From a virus, in the IMG/VR virus record IMGVR_UViG_3300025617_000977, positions 7,807 to 71,806 of that record: a stretch of 64,000 nt of DNA; one strand, given 5' to 3'. The translations under genes and the position numbers were made by a program. The notes under the pieces were generated by a model, which did no database searches, was not told the DNA's origin, and worked only from the letters and a program-made list of their open reading frames with translations. This document shows positions 8,817 through 18,294 of the stretch, piece after piece (position 1 is the stretch's first letter; each line of letters begins with the position of its first letter).

Positions 8817-9944
8817 ATGCAGTACAACGACATTGATCAAAACGAAATTAATAAGATTAAACAAGGGCTCACTGAACTAGGTAATAGTTTTGAAGCCATT
8901 GCTAATCGCACAGTTCCTGTTCAGCGAATCGAAGATCGGCAACTGACTGGTAATGCTATCCAAGGCGGAAAGATTACACAGTTTAGAAGTACAGGTATTA
9001 CTGACCAGGCAAATCGGACTGTGTTACTTGTTGACAACGGTGGTATAACTGTTGATACGATCAATGCTAATACACTTACAGGCGACACAACAGTAAGCGG
9101 TGCTTTTACTGTTGAAGGACATTTAACATGTAATAGTTTACACGTTGATGAACTAACAGCAGACATTAGACAAGAGCGAAGCGACTCTCTTACTTTTACA
9201 AGCAACAATGGAGATACTCCTGTTGCAAAAGGGTTGAAGTGGCAAGGTTCAGACACTACTAAACAATTCATCTACCAAACAAATCCAGATAGACTGTACA
9301 GTACAGAGACTATCGATTTGCATAGAGAAAAAAGTTTTTCTATTGATAACGTTTCGGTCTTAAGTGCAACACACTTAGGCGAAACAGTAACTAATTCAAA
9401 ATTAAGAACAGTTGGTAGACTGCAAGGTCTTGCAGTAGACGGCGACCTTAATGTTGATGATTTTGTTTTTTGGGACGCAGGTTCAATGCGTCTATCAATT
9501 GGTACAGAAACACCAAATGGTCAATTAAGTATCAGTAGTGAACGAGCAGAATTTGTTGTTGATCCGCAAGGTGAGACAGTTAAATTAGGCACACATAGTA
9601 CTAGTGAATTAAAAATTATAACTGATAATACTGATCGTATTACTATTTCTCCATACGGACATATTACAATCGGATCCAGTGGAAACATTAATTCAAAAAT
9701 TTCTTTACACGGTAATGTGGGCATTGGCGTAAATAATCCTTCAGAACAATTTGAAGTTGCAGGCTCAATTAAGTTTGAAAGTAAGAAATTTGCAACTGGC
9801 ACAGAAACTCCATCATCAGGGCTATGGCGTAAGGGCGACATTGTATGGAACAATAATCCTGTAGCAAACGGAACAGTAGGTTGGGTTTGCACAAGAGAAG
9901 GTACACCCGGAGAATGGAATGCTTTTGGCCGTATAGAAGGTTAA
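8817..9944 (+). CDS. virion structural/fibre-like protein
   Basis: Beta-rich Gly/Thr/Ser repeats, GNVGIGVNNP, C-terminal GDIVWN..P...GWVC...G.W..FG. Confidence 0.75.
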   Translation: MQYNDIDQNEINKIKQGLTELGNSFEAIANRTVPVQRIEDRQLTGNAIQGGKITQFRSTGITDQANRTVLLVDNGGITVDTINANTLTGDTTVSGAFTVEGHLTCNSLHVDELTADIRQERSDSLTFTSNNGDTPVAKGLKWQGSDTTKQFIYQTNPDRLYSTETIDLHREKSFSIDNVSVLSATHLGETVTNSKLRTVGRLQGLAVDGDLNVDDFVFWDAGSMRLSIGTETPNGQLSISSERAEFVVDPQGETVKLGTHSTSELKIITDNTDRITISPYGHITIGSSGNINSKISLHGNVGIGVNNPSEQFEVAGSIKFESKKFATGTETPSSGLWRKGDIVWNNNPVANGTVGWVCTREGTPGEWNAFGRIEG

Positions 9945-9949
9945 AAGAT

Positions 9950-10234
9950 ATGAAACTCGATAGACAAGTCAACTTATGGGTGTGGTTGGGTAGAATTGCT
10001 CCCCTTACATCATTACTAGCACTAGGCACAATACTAATGTTTGATGTTAGTGGATGGGTTGAGTACATCGTAATTGGTATTGCCATATCGTTTGGAGTTA
10101 TAGCATTTACTTGGTGGTGGTGGGTAATTTACGCTGTTAAAGATCTAAGTGGAATGCTCAGCGATGCTAATGTAAAGTTTGGTAAAATCATTACCGAATT
10201 AAAAGAAATCAAAGAAGAATTTAAAAAACGTTAA
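9950..10234 (+). CDS. two-TM membrane protein
   Basis: Two hydrophobic helices, WWWWV, coiled C-terminus; start moved to ATG 9950. Confidence 0.65.
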   Translation: MKLDRQVNLWVWLGRIAPLTSLLALGTILMFDVSGWVEYIVIGIAISFGVIAFTWWWWVIYAVKDLSGMLSDANVKFGKIITELKEIKEEFKKR

Positions 10235-13104
10235 GCGTAGTACGGTACATATGCTGTAGCACCATTAATTGTTACTTGCATATAACCTGCGACATTAACC
10301 GCGTCTGTTGGGGTCCCTGACACAGTCTGAATCGTAATAGTATCAGTAACAGCATTACCAATTATAGTATTACCTTGTAAGGTAGTATTACCGGATACAG
10401 TTAGATTATCACTTACAACAACAGTTCCGCCTGCACTATCAAGTGTTAGGTTACCTGTGCTAGTATCAATTGTATTAGCCGCATTGCCTACCCTTACACT
10501 GTTAGTTGTAAGACTACCAACTGAAACTCCGTTAGTAGTAGTTGCCCCGAAGCCTGTAACAGCATCTAAGGTCATGCTATTTGCATCTACTTGTTTGCAA
10601 TATACTTCCCATGTACTTGTATGTGTTCTGTAGAATAAGAATTCAAACACATTAACAGTATTGATTGTACCTTCAACTGGACCAAGATTTACATAAGATT
10701 GTGTAACGCCGTTGATTTCAAGACTAGGTACATATGCTGTAGCGCCTTGGTTAATAAAGATTTTGATAACACGCAGTCGTTGCGATGTTGTATCCAAGTT
10801 AGTAATATTTGCAACAATTGCTCCGCTTGGTTGATTCCAGTAAACATTTTCAGTATCAGAGGCGTCAATAGCATATGTAGCAGATGAAACATTTGTGTAT
10901 ACGTTCTTAAACTGAGATCCAGGTGATGCTCTGAATTCTTTTTCTGGCACTACAGGACTAGCAATAGTAAATGGTTGTGCTACATTTGATGAATTAACAA
11001 GTTCACCATCTGCATTTATGCCTACTCCGCTATTGAATGCAATGCTTGTATCCGAATCAATAGTTAATGCACCAGTTCGGTTAACGTCTGCATTTACTTC
11101 GCCGACGATTTGATTGTTTGCTACATCAACAAGCAGTGTTGTTGCGTCTGTGCCATACACTGGAGATTGTACAGAAAAGTCTGTAATTGCTCCGCCAGTA
11201 ATTGTACCTGTTTGATCTGTAAAGGTACTTGCTTCTAGGTTAGCAGTAGCAATATTTGCGTTGTTTACTTCACCAATAACAATACCATTGTTATCAATAA
11301 CAGTAGTTGAGTCTGGTCCATATACTGAACCTGTTAAGTCACCGACGAATCCAGCAGTTCCAAAGATAACTGTGTTTACAGGACTGTTAATGTTAATACC
11401 GTTTGTAGCAACAATATCAACATCTATTCCAGAACTTAAACTAAGAGTACCATTACCTGAACTAATCGCAAGTTCTGTATCACCAGTTATGGAAATCTGT
11501 GCATTATCTGTGTTTCCTAATGATCTTAAAATGAGGTCGTTTTGTCGTGCTACTTCTATTGTTGCACTGTCTGCATCTAATGTAAATGGATTAGTACCTC
11601 GGTCAATGTTAGCATCTACAGTACCATATATAATTCCGTTAATAGCATCAACAAGTAATGTACTATCGTCTGAATAAAGTGAACCAGTTAAGTCACCGTC
11701 GAATGTTCCTTGTAGATGTCCGTGGAAAGTATTAGCATAAACATTGTCGTAAGGCTCACTTCCGCGACCAATATCATTCAGTCCCATTGGAGATAAATCG
11801 CGAGTCCATACAGTGCCTACAGCAGTATCAGTTCTAATTACAGGATTATCTGTAATCTCTAATATTTCGTAATACGCTTGAAGTTCTAATGTAATAGTTC
11901 CAGTGTTGCCGGTGACAGCATATACTACTCTATATTGAGAACCACTATCGGTATCGTTGTACATATTGCTAACTTCATATGGAAGTCCAGTAACTCCAGA
12001 TACTGTATCAAGTGTGTCCCAGGTTAGCCCGTTAAATTTTTGGATACTTGATGACACACTGGTTGCAGTTGTGCCGCTATCTAGTTGGTGTCCGATTGTA
12101 TAATGTAAAATTCCTGGCGCACTCTTAGCAGTGAATGTGTATGTTTGTGTTACAGTATTTGCAGTAATCTCTCTTTCAGCAACACTAAGACGTAACGCAT
12201 TATCTACAGTACCGTCTCCTAAGAAGTCTGCACCTGGCGAAGCAAATCCATCTTCAGTAGCACTAGTAACATTACCAACTTCGATGTTCTCTATATACAA
12301 CTTGTTTGTTGTAATAGCGTTACGTGTTGTTACAGTATGTAAAGTATCAGTTTCAGCAACAGCAAACGATCCAATTTCAATTTCGTTTGCGTTCTTTCTT
12401 GTTAGGGTAATACCACCTGTAGAACTTAATTCAATATGCGATGTGTTAGAGTTAACATCAGTTAATTCTAAATTAGTAGTGCCCGGCGGAACATCTAAAC
12501 TGTAATCAACATGAATCTGCATAAGGTCAGATCCTGATGATGTTGTAATAGTTCCACCTTGTCCTAAGGTATCATGTGTGCCATAATACAGTGTAGTCGG
12601 TGAACTATCTTTTAAATCTATCTGAACTTTTCTGTTTGTAGTTGTAGTAAAATTAAGTTTGTAATCTGCTTTGGTTACTGACACATCGTCAATTAGATAT
12701 GTAACACCAATAGTATATTCTTGTCCGCTAATTGCACCTGATATTGCGCCGTCAGCAGTGTTACTTAAAACTAGTGGATGATTAAAGCCACCGTATCCAG
12801 CATTGGATGCATCGCTTTGATCAAATATATATGTTTGACCTTTTACTAATGTCAACGACTTTTGTTCAACACCGTCAACATACAAGTTACCTTGTATCTT
12901 TGAATCAATTGTGTCTGGACCAACTGTAACTACAAGTGTTCCGGTAGGAGACATTTCAGGGACGTTCCAACTTACTCCATCGCTTCGGCGTAAGACTAGC
13001 GAATCAGTAACGCTGTCTGCCTCTAAGGTCTGCTCAAGAGTAGATCCGTCAGGTGAGTAAAGTTTAATATATCTAAAAAAGTCGTGTATCGCAGTTGATG
13101 GCAT
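10231..13104 (-). CDS. tail fibre / receptor-binding structural protein
   Basis: 957 aa, Thr/Gly rich; YIFDQSDASN...HPL motif; repeated GDLTGSxxxDDSTLLVD units; C-terminal YMQVTINGATAYVPYY; GAGG SD. Confidence 0.8.
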   Translation of the reverse strand: MPSTAIHDFFRYIKLYSPDGSTLEQTLEADSVTDSLVLRRSDGVSWNVPEMSPTGTLVVTVGPDTIDSKIQGNLYVDGVEQKSLTLVKGQTYIFDQSDASNAGYGGFNHPLVLSNTADGAISGAISGQEYTIGVTYLIDDVSVTKADYKLNFTTTTNRKVQIDLKDSSPTTLYYGTHDTLGQGGTITTSSGSDLMQIHVDYSLDVPPGTTNLELTDVNSNTSHIELSSTGGITLTRKNANEIEIGSFAVAETDTLHTVTTRNAITTNKLYIENIEVGNVTSATEDGFASPGADFLGDGTVDNALRLSVAEREITANTVTQTYTFTAKSAPGILHYTIGHQLDSGTTATSVSSSIQKFNGLTWDTLDTVSGVTGLPYEVSNMYNDTDSGSQYRVVYAVTGNTGTITLELQAYYEILEITDNPVIRTDTAVGTVWTRDLSPMGLNDIGRGSEPYDNVYANTFHGHLQGTFDGDLTGSLYSDDSTLLVDAINGIIYGTVDANIDRGTNPFTLDADSATIEVARQNDLILRSLGNTDNAQISITGDTELAISSGNGTLSLSSGIDVDIVATNGININSPVNTVIFGTAGFVGDLTGSVYGPDSTTVIDNNGIVIGEVNNANIATANLEASTFTDQTGTITGGAITDFSVQSPVYGTDATTLLVDVANNQIVGEVNADVNRTGALTIDSDTSIAFNSGVGINADGELVNSSNVAQPFTIASPVVPEKEFRASPGSQFKNVYTNVSSATYAIDASDTENVYWNQPSGAIVANITNLDTTSQRLRVIKIFINQGATAYVPSLEINGVTQSYVNLGPVEGTINTVNVFEFLFYRTHTSTWEVYCKQVDANSMTLDAVTGFGATTTNGVSVGSLTTNSVRVGNAANTIDTSTGNLTLDSAGGTVVVSDNLTVSGNTTLQGNTIIGNAVTDTITIQTVSGTPTDAVNVAGYMQVTINGATAYVPYYA

Positions 13105-13130
13105 ACCAGTATTGTTCCTCTTAACATGTA

Positions 13131-13143
13131 TATTTATTAAATA
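13131..13143. promoter_or_regulatory. back-to-back divergent late-type promoters
   Basis: TATTTA-T-TAAATA gives TAAATA on both strands, serving 13104(-) and 13149(+). Confidence 0.65.
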
Positions 13144-13148
13144 TCTGT

Positions 13149-13751
13149 ATGTTAATCATTGGTAACGGAGAGAGCCGAAGCGGAATCAACCTAGATGCAT
13201 ACAAGTGCGAAAAAATAGGGTGTAATGCTATTTTTAGGCAGTATGGTGTGCGTCATGTAGTGTGTTGTGATCGCAGAATGGCATTAGAAGCAGTAAAGAG
13301 CATGATCAATATTAAGTCCGGTGTATGGACTAGAAAAGATTGGCATGCTGAGTTTATAGGTAAGCATAATGTAAATGCATTACCGGGTATTTGGTATTCG
13401 CCAAAGACCAAAGCAGACGAAGCATTTCATTGGGGCAGTGGACCGTATGCAATTTATCTTGGACTTTTCCTTAATAAAAAAGAACCATTAGATATCATTG
13501 GATTTGACTTGCACAGTAATAACAGCACAGTGAATAATATTTTTAAAGGCACTCGTAATTACGAGGATGCTGAATCAAAACCAGTTGACCCTAAATTTTG
13601 GATTTATCAAATTGCCCAGTTGATTGAAAAATATAAAGATAGAACGTTTAGGTTTTATAACACTCCTGAGTGGGAATTACCCGACAGTTGGAAAAAACCT
13701 AATGTACAGAAATTAGATTTATCTGAGTTAGACAGGATGTTAAATGTATAA
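13149..13751 (+). CDS. DUF115/GT29-like Rossmann-fold protein (putative glycosyl/nucleotide-sugar transferase)
   Basis: IIGNGESR, IGCNA, WGSGPYA, IIGFDL motifs. Confidence 0.65.
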   Translation: MLIIGNGESRSGINLDAYKCEKIGCNAIFRQYGVRHVVCCDRRMALEAVKSMINIKSGVWTRKDWHAEFIGKHNVNALPGIWYSPKTKADEAFHWGSGPYAIYLGLFLNKKEPLDIIGFDLHSNNSTVNNIFKGTRNYEDAESKPVDPKFWIYQIAQLIEKYKDRTFRFYNTPEWELPDSWKKPNVQKLDLSELDRMLNV

Positions 13752-14385
13752 TCAAGAAGACCTTCCATTATTTCCAACACTAGTAAGTGCATTTGATCTT
13801 AGCGAACATTGCGATATTCCTAAAGCGTTAGAAATTATCAAAAACGCAGAAACAGGAGACCATGCTCTAATACTTGGCGGCAAGAGCAGTTTCCAAAAGG
13901 GCGACGAAGAATTTTTGTTCAATTCAGAACTTGTAAAACTTAGAACTGATATCCAAAACTGTATCGACTTGTATTGTAAAAGCGCAGGACTAGAAGAAAG
14001 TATACTTGGAACTAGTTGGTTTAATATCATGGGCAAGGGTGGACAAGTTGACAAACATAGACATGAAGGTAGTGTAGTTAGTGGTGCGTTCTATCCACAT
14101 GTTGACGACGATAGTTGTCCTTTAATTTTTGAATCGCCATTACGTCCTTTACGCATGAACGATGTATTCGAAGAGCAAAATGCTTTTAGTAGTTATAATG
14201 TAAGTTGCAGACCACGCACTGGATTGTTATTAGTATTTCCAAGTTGGCTAGAACACAGGACTGATCCAAATACTACAAACCAACGTATTACCATAAGTTT
14301 TAATACTATGCGTAAAAAATTGATTCCGTTAGTCGCCGCAAAGATGCATCATTATGGGCATTTACCGGTTGACAATGACAAATAG
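13744..14385 (+). CDS. 2OG-Fe(II) oxygenase (TIGR02466-like)
   Basis: SWFN, HxH (KHRH), SGAFY, LLVFPSWLEH, RITISFN. Confidence 0.85.
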   Translation: MYNQEDLPLFPTLVSAFDLSEHCDIPKALEIIKNAETGDHALILGGKSSFQKGDEEFLFNSELVKLRTDIQNCIDLYCKSAGLEESILGTSWFNIMGKGGQVDKHRHEGSVVSGAFYPHVDDDSCPLIFESPLRPLRMNDVFEEQNAFSSYNVSCRPRTGLLLVFPSWLEHRTDPNTTNQRITISFNTMRKKLIPLVAAKMHHYGHLPVDNDK

Positions 14386-14397
14386 ATTGTGTATAAT
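14369..14397 (+). promoter_or_regulatory. consensus sigma70 promoter for queD
   Basis: TTGACA-N17-TATAAT overlapping the end of the upstream CDS. Confidence 0.85.
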
Positions 14398-14466
14398 ATA
14401 CACTAATAACATAGGACTTAGCGTCAACCCTTCTAATTCTGCCGCTGTTATATATAGGAGATAAAA

Positions 14467-14916
14467 ATGGCAAGACATTTAAGTACAAAACACTACGGAC
14501 ACAACATTGGCTTATCAGCAGTGTTCCGTCAACCTAACGCAGATCATTCACACTGTCATTTGCTACATGGTTATTCATTAGCATTTACATTTACATTTGG
14601 ATGTGATCATCTAGATAACAAGAACTGGGCTGTTGACTTTGGCGGGCTAAAGCCTTTGAAGAAGTGGTTAGAAGATCACTTTGATCACAAAACAGCAATT
14701 GATAAAGACGATCCGCACATGGACAAGTTTATGGAACTACAAGAACTTGACCTAGCAGAGATTGTTGTAATGGATGGTGTCGGCGCAGAAAAGTTTGCGG
14801 AACACGCATTTAACTTTGCAGATAAACTTGTGCGTGAAATGAGTGACAATCGTTGCTACTGTGTACGAGTAGAATGTGCAGAGCACGGAGCGAATTCAGC
14901 AATATACGAGGCATAA
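14467..14916 (+). CDS. queD: 6-carboxy-5,6,7,8-tetrahydropterin synthase (QueD/PTPS family)
   Basis: HCHLLHGY, VDFGGLK, FDH, AE and terminal E..NSA motifs; AGGAG SD. Confidence 0.88.
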   Translation: MARHLSTKHYGHNIGLSAVFRQPNADHSHCHLLHGYSLAFTFTFGCDHLDNKNWAVDFGGLKPLKKWLEDHFDHKTAIDKDDPHMDKFMELQELDLAEIVVMDGVGAEKFAEHAFNFADKLVREMSDNRCYCVRVECAEHGANSAIYEA

Positions 14917-15621
14917 GTGAAAAATTATGTTGTTTGCCTTAAGTGGGGTAACAAGTATAGTGCAGATTATGTAAACATACTTGCTCGAATGGTTGCTAGG
15001 AATACTACAGTACCATACGAGTTTGTATGCTTTACTGACCAGAGTGTTGGAATAGACCGAAGTCTAGTTGAAGTAAAGCCTTTGCCCAAACTTCCTGTAA
15101 ATGGATGGTGGTACAAGCCTTACTTCTTTTCAACAGAACTTCCAATTAATGGTAATATACTTTACTTTGATTTGGACGTTATAATTTTTAATAACATCGA
15201 TAAACTGTTTACATATCACCCAGATAAGTTTTGTATCATTCGAGACTTTAATCGACACCTACGTTCAGATTGGAATAAAATGAATTCAAGTGTGTTTAGG
15301 TTTGTTACTGGAATGCAACGACATGTGTGGGACGATTTTGTATCGCAAGATTATGTTGCAGTTAAACGAATGCATGGAGACCAAGATTGGATCTACAGTA
15401 AAGTAAAAAAAGATTGGGTCTTTTGGCCCGAAGAGTGGATACAAAGTTACAAATGGGAAATGCGTGGCAAGCCCACAATGGAAAGAGACGGCAACGGTGT
15501 TCGAAATTTTGTAACACCGGGTCAGCCAAAACTATTACCTGAATGTAGCGTAGCCGTTTTTCATGGTGAACCTCACCCGCATAATTGTATTGATCCTTGG
15601 TGTAAAGAGAAATGGAAATAG
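14917..15621 (+). CDS. GT-A fold glycosyltransferase
   Basis: CLKWGNKY, FVCFTD, WWYK, DxD (YFDLD), NSSV, GDQDW, VFHGEP. Confidence 0.85.
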   Translation: MKNYVVCLKWGNKYSADYVNILARMVARNTTVPYEFVCFTDQSVGIDRSLVEVKPLPKLPVNGWWYKPYFFSTELPINGNILYFDLDVIIFNNIDKLFTYHPDKFCIIRDFNRHLRSDWNKMNSSVFRFVTGMQRHVWDDFVSQDYVAVKRMHGDQDWIYSKVKKDWVFWPEEWIQSYKWEMRGKPTMERDGNGVRNFVTPGQPKLLPECSVAVFHGEPHPHNCIDPWCKEKWK

Positions 15622-15764
15622 AATTTAAAATAAAAGTTAATACAGAAAAACAAGAAGATGTCGAATTAGTTGAAGACTTGTTATATCAATTACAAGATTT
15701 ACACGACATATTGCAAACGAAAAAGCAAGTAAAACACTCAGCAAAAAGAAGTAACAAAAATTGA
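15612..15764 (+). CDS. small hypothetical protein (50 aa, below ORF-track cutoff)
   Basis: Manual translation MEIEFKIKVNTEKQEDVELVEDLLYQLQDL...; TTGA overlap with the next start. Confidence 0.55.
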   Translation: MEIEFKIKVNTEKQEDVELVEDLLYQLQDLHDILQTKKQVKHSAKRSNKN

Positions 15765-16468
15765 AGAAGTATATATTTGACGTAGATGGAACATTGACTC
15801 CAAGTAGAGGTGTTATTGATTCTGAGTTTAAAAAGTTCTTTAATAATTTTTGTCGTAGTAACCAAGTGTTCATTGTAACTGGAAGTGACAAACCAAAAAC
15901 AGTAGAACAACTAGGAGAAGATACTTATAATCTCTGCCATACTGCCTACCAATGCAACGGTAACGATGTATGGCAAAGTAAAAAGCACATTCGAACAAAC
16001 GACTGGGTTTTGCCTACAGATGCACACGATTGGTTAAGTGTGCAGTTAACTGAAAGTGAATTTCCGTTGCGCACAGGCTTACACTTTGAACATCGTCCAG
16101 GCATGGTAAACTACAGCGTAGTGGGTCGTAATGCTGATGCACAACAACGTGCTGAATACGTTACGTGGGACGAAGAACAACTAGAACGGATTCGAATTGC
16201 TGATAAATTTAATTTAAGATTTCCAAGCCTACAAGCAAAAGTAGGTGGCGAAACAGGCATTGACATTGGTCCTAAAGGTGCAGACAAGAGCCAAATTATA
16301 AAAGACTTTGATCCAGATGACAAGTTACATTTTTATGGAGACGCGATGCACAAAGGCGGCAATGACGAACCATTAGCCAAAGTAATACTTGACAACCAAT
16401 ACGGATTTTGCTATAATATACAAGACTGGAAAAACACTTGGATATTATTGAAAGATTATGACAATTAA
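15761..16468 (+). CDS. HAD-IIB phosphomannomutase-like enzyme (eukaryotic PMM-type)
   Basis: FDVDGTLTPSR, VTGSD, EHRPGMVNYSVVGR, GGETGIDI, GD...GGND. Confidence 0.85.
   Translation: MKKYIFDVDGTLTPSRGVIDSEFKKFFNNFCRSNQVFIVTGSDKPKTVEQLGEDTYNLCHTAYQCNGNDVWQSKKHIRTNDWVLPTDAHDWLSVQLTESEFPLRTGLHFEHRPGMVNYSVVGRNADAQQRAEYVTWDEEQLERIRIADKFNLRFPSLQAKVGGETGIDIGPKGADKSQIIKDFDPDDKLHFYGDAMHKGGNDEPLAKVILDNQYGFCYNIQDWKNTWILLKDYDN
16389..16417 (+). promoter_or_regulatory. consensus sigma70 promoter for uvsE (inside upstream CDS)
   Basis: TTGACA-N17-TATAAT with extended -10 TGc. Confidence 0.8.
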
Positions 16469-17507
16469 ACGTATAGGCTTCGCATGTAAATACATGCACC
16501 CAGATCAAACGCAGAAGAAGAAACTGCTTGAAGAAATTCAACGACCACTAAATACTCGTAGCACAACAGTACAGTGGCTCAACCGTCAGACTCGTGATGT
16601 TGCTGAAGAACGCTTGTGGGATATTATGGTCCACAATATTCAGTCATACTACAATCTGATTGAGTATGTAGGGAGTTTACCAAATGAATTACGAATGGTT
16701 CGACTTGGCAGTGATGTTCTTCCTGTTTACACTCAGCGTGATTGGGCTTACTATTGGCAGCAACCTGATGTTCGAGCGTATTGCGAAAAAGCATTTGCTA
16801 GAGTCGGACAACTTGCAAGAACACTTGATGTTAGACTTAGTATGCATCCTGGTCAGTTTACCGTTCTTGCTAGTGACAACGCTGAAATTGTCGAGAGGAG
16901 CATAGAAGAATTTGAATATCACACCGATGTCATCCGCTATATGGGTTACGGACAATCATTCCAAGACTTCAAGTGCAACGTCCACATATCGGGTCGAAAA
17001 GGTCCACAAGGCATTATCGACGCACTTAAACGACTCTCGCCTGAAGCAAGAAACACAATCACAATCGAAAACGATGAAAACAAATGGGGAGTTGAACACA
17101 GCCTCGAACTTGTCGACCATTGCGCACTCGTACCAGATCTACACCACCACTGGTGTCGTGAAGGAAATTACCTTTCACCAACCGACGATAGAGTTAAACG
17201 CATAATTGATTCATGGCGAGGCGTTCGCCCTGCATTGCATTACAGTTATAGTCGTAACGAAGCATTACCTGAAAACTTTGCACACAATGACTTCCCTGAT
17301 ATGAAAGCATTACTTGAAGCAGGACACAAGAAAGCAAAACTTCGTGCTCATAGCGATTATTATCCTAATCCTGTGGTAAATGAGTATGCACTTAGTTTCT
17401 TAGATAACTTTGATATCATGTGTGAAAGCAAGATGAAGAACCTTGCTAGTATTGACCTATATAAATACTACTCAGAAAAGACCAGCAAGCAAAAACTTGT
17501 TGCATAA
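16458..17507 (+). CDS. uvsE: UV damage endonuclease (UvsE/UVDE)
   Basis: RIGFAC, RLGSD, RLSMHPGQF, IENDE, DLHHH, HYS, AHSDY, DIMCESK. Confidence 0.92.
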   Translation: MTIKRIGFACKYMHPDQTQKKKLLEEIQRPLNTRSTTVQWLNRQTRDVAEERLWDIMVHNIQSYYNLIEYVGSLPNELRMVRLGSDVLPVYTQRDWAYYWQQPDVRAYCEKAFARVGQLARTLDVRLSMHPGQFTVLASDNAEIVERSIEEFEYHTDVIRYMGYGQSFQDFKCNVHISGRKGPQGIIDALKRLSPEARNTITIENDENKWGVEHSLELVDHCALVPDLHHHWCREGNYLSPTDDRVKRIIDSWRGVRPALHYSYSRNEALPENFAHNDFPDMKALLEAGHKKAKLRAHSDYYPNPVVNEYALSFLDNFDIMCESKMKNLASIDLYKYYSEKTSKQKLVA

Positions 17508-17531
17508 GTAATACACTAACCGGAGATAATA

Positions 17532-17783
17532 ATGATTACATTTATTAAGAAACTTTTTGGAAAGGCAGACGCTCAGCCTGAGCCAACCAAAATTTCAGAT
17601 GTTGTTGCTAAAAAAGAAACACAGAAAAAAGCAACAGTAAAAGTTCCTTCTAAGGCTGAACTTAAAAAGTTAACTAAAGTTAAACTAGAAGAACTAGGTC
17701 GTGAAAACGGAATTGAACTTGACAAGAGATTAACTAAAGACAAATTAGTTAATGCACTTCATTCACATTTGAAAGGCAAGTAA
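17532..17783 (+). CDS. basic protein with Rho-N/HeH-like domain
   Basis: LTKVKLEELGRENGIELDKRLTKDKLV; GGAG SD; TAAGTA at 17505. Confidence 0.65.
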   Translation: MITFIKKLFGKADAQPEPTKISDVVAKKETQKKATVKVPSKAELKKLTKVKLEELGRENGIELDKRLTKDKLVNALHSHLKGK

Positions 17784-17784
17784 T

Positions 17785-17949
17785 ATGCTACAAGCATGGA
17801 TTAACAAACGTATTAAAGAACGTACCACACTAGACGGAGTAATTCTTGTTGCGGCTGGTGTTGCTTTCCTAATTTTTAAACCAATTGCGGCTATTGTCGC
17901 TTATGGTGCAATTGCATATGGTGCTTGGACTATTTGGAAGTCTGAGTAA
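17785..17949 (+). CDS. small membrane protein (54 aa, below ORF-track cutoff)
   Basis: Manual translation MLQAWINKRIKERTTLDGVILVAAGVAFLIFKPIAAIVAYGAIAYGAWTIWKSE. Confidence 0.7.
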   Translation: MLQAWINKRIKERTTLDGVILVAAGVAFLIFKPIAAIVAYGAIAYGAWTIWKSE

Positions 17950-18232
17950 TTTTATCAATAGTAAGTAACGTATCAACTGTTGTGTCTAGTCTGCGTCTTT
18001 GTTCGACTCCCTTTTTTTGAGCAAATCGTTTAGGGTCACAGTCTGGACACACATGGTGATACGAGTTATCTAATCTTTTCGGGTCAACTTTACCTTTATC
18101 CCTTTTAAATTCTTCGTGGCATTCATCGCATTGAAATATTGCCACTGACTTCTCACGTTTATAAGGATGCGTTTTGTTGTTCTTTGACTTACGAACATAA
18201 AATTTAACTTCTTTTTCAATTCGTTTAAACAT
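17930..18232 (-). CDS. zinc-ribbon protein
   Basis: CDEC...CPDC; start set at ATG 18232, 5 nt after TAAATA(-) at 18238-18243. Confidence 0.7.
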   Translation of the reverse strand: MFKRIEKEVKFYVRKSKNNKTHPYKREKSVAIFQCDECHEEFKRDKGKVDPKRLDNSYHHVCPDCDPKRFAQKKGVEQRRRLDTTVDTLLTIDKITQTSK

Positions 18233-18294
18233 ATTCATATTTATGTAATTACATTCGGTTTACAAAATATATAATAAATACAATGAGAGGTACA

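Noticed and set aside
17459-17470. TATAAATA inside the 3' end of uvsE
   Set aside because: It may be a second late promoter for 17532, but it is redundant with TAAGTA at 17505 and likely by chance in AT-rich DNA, so it is not called.
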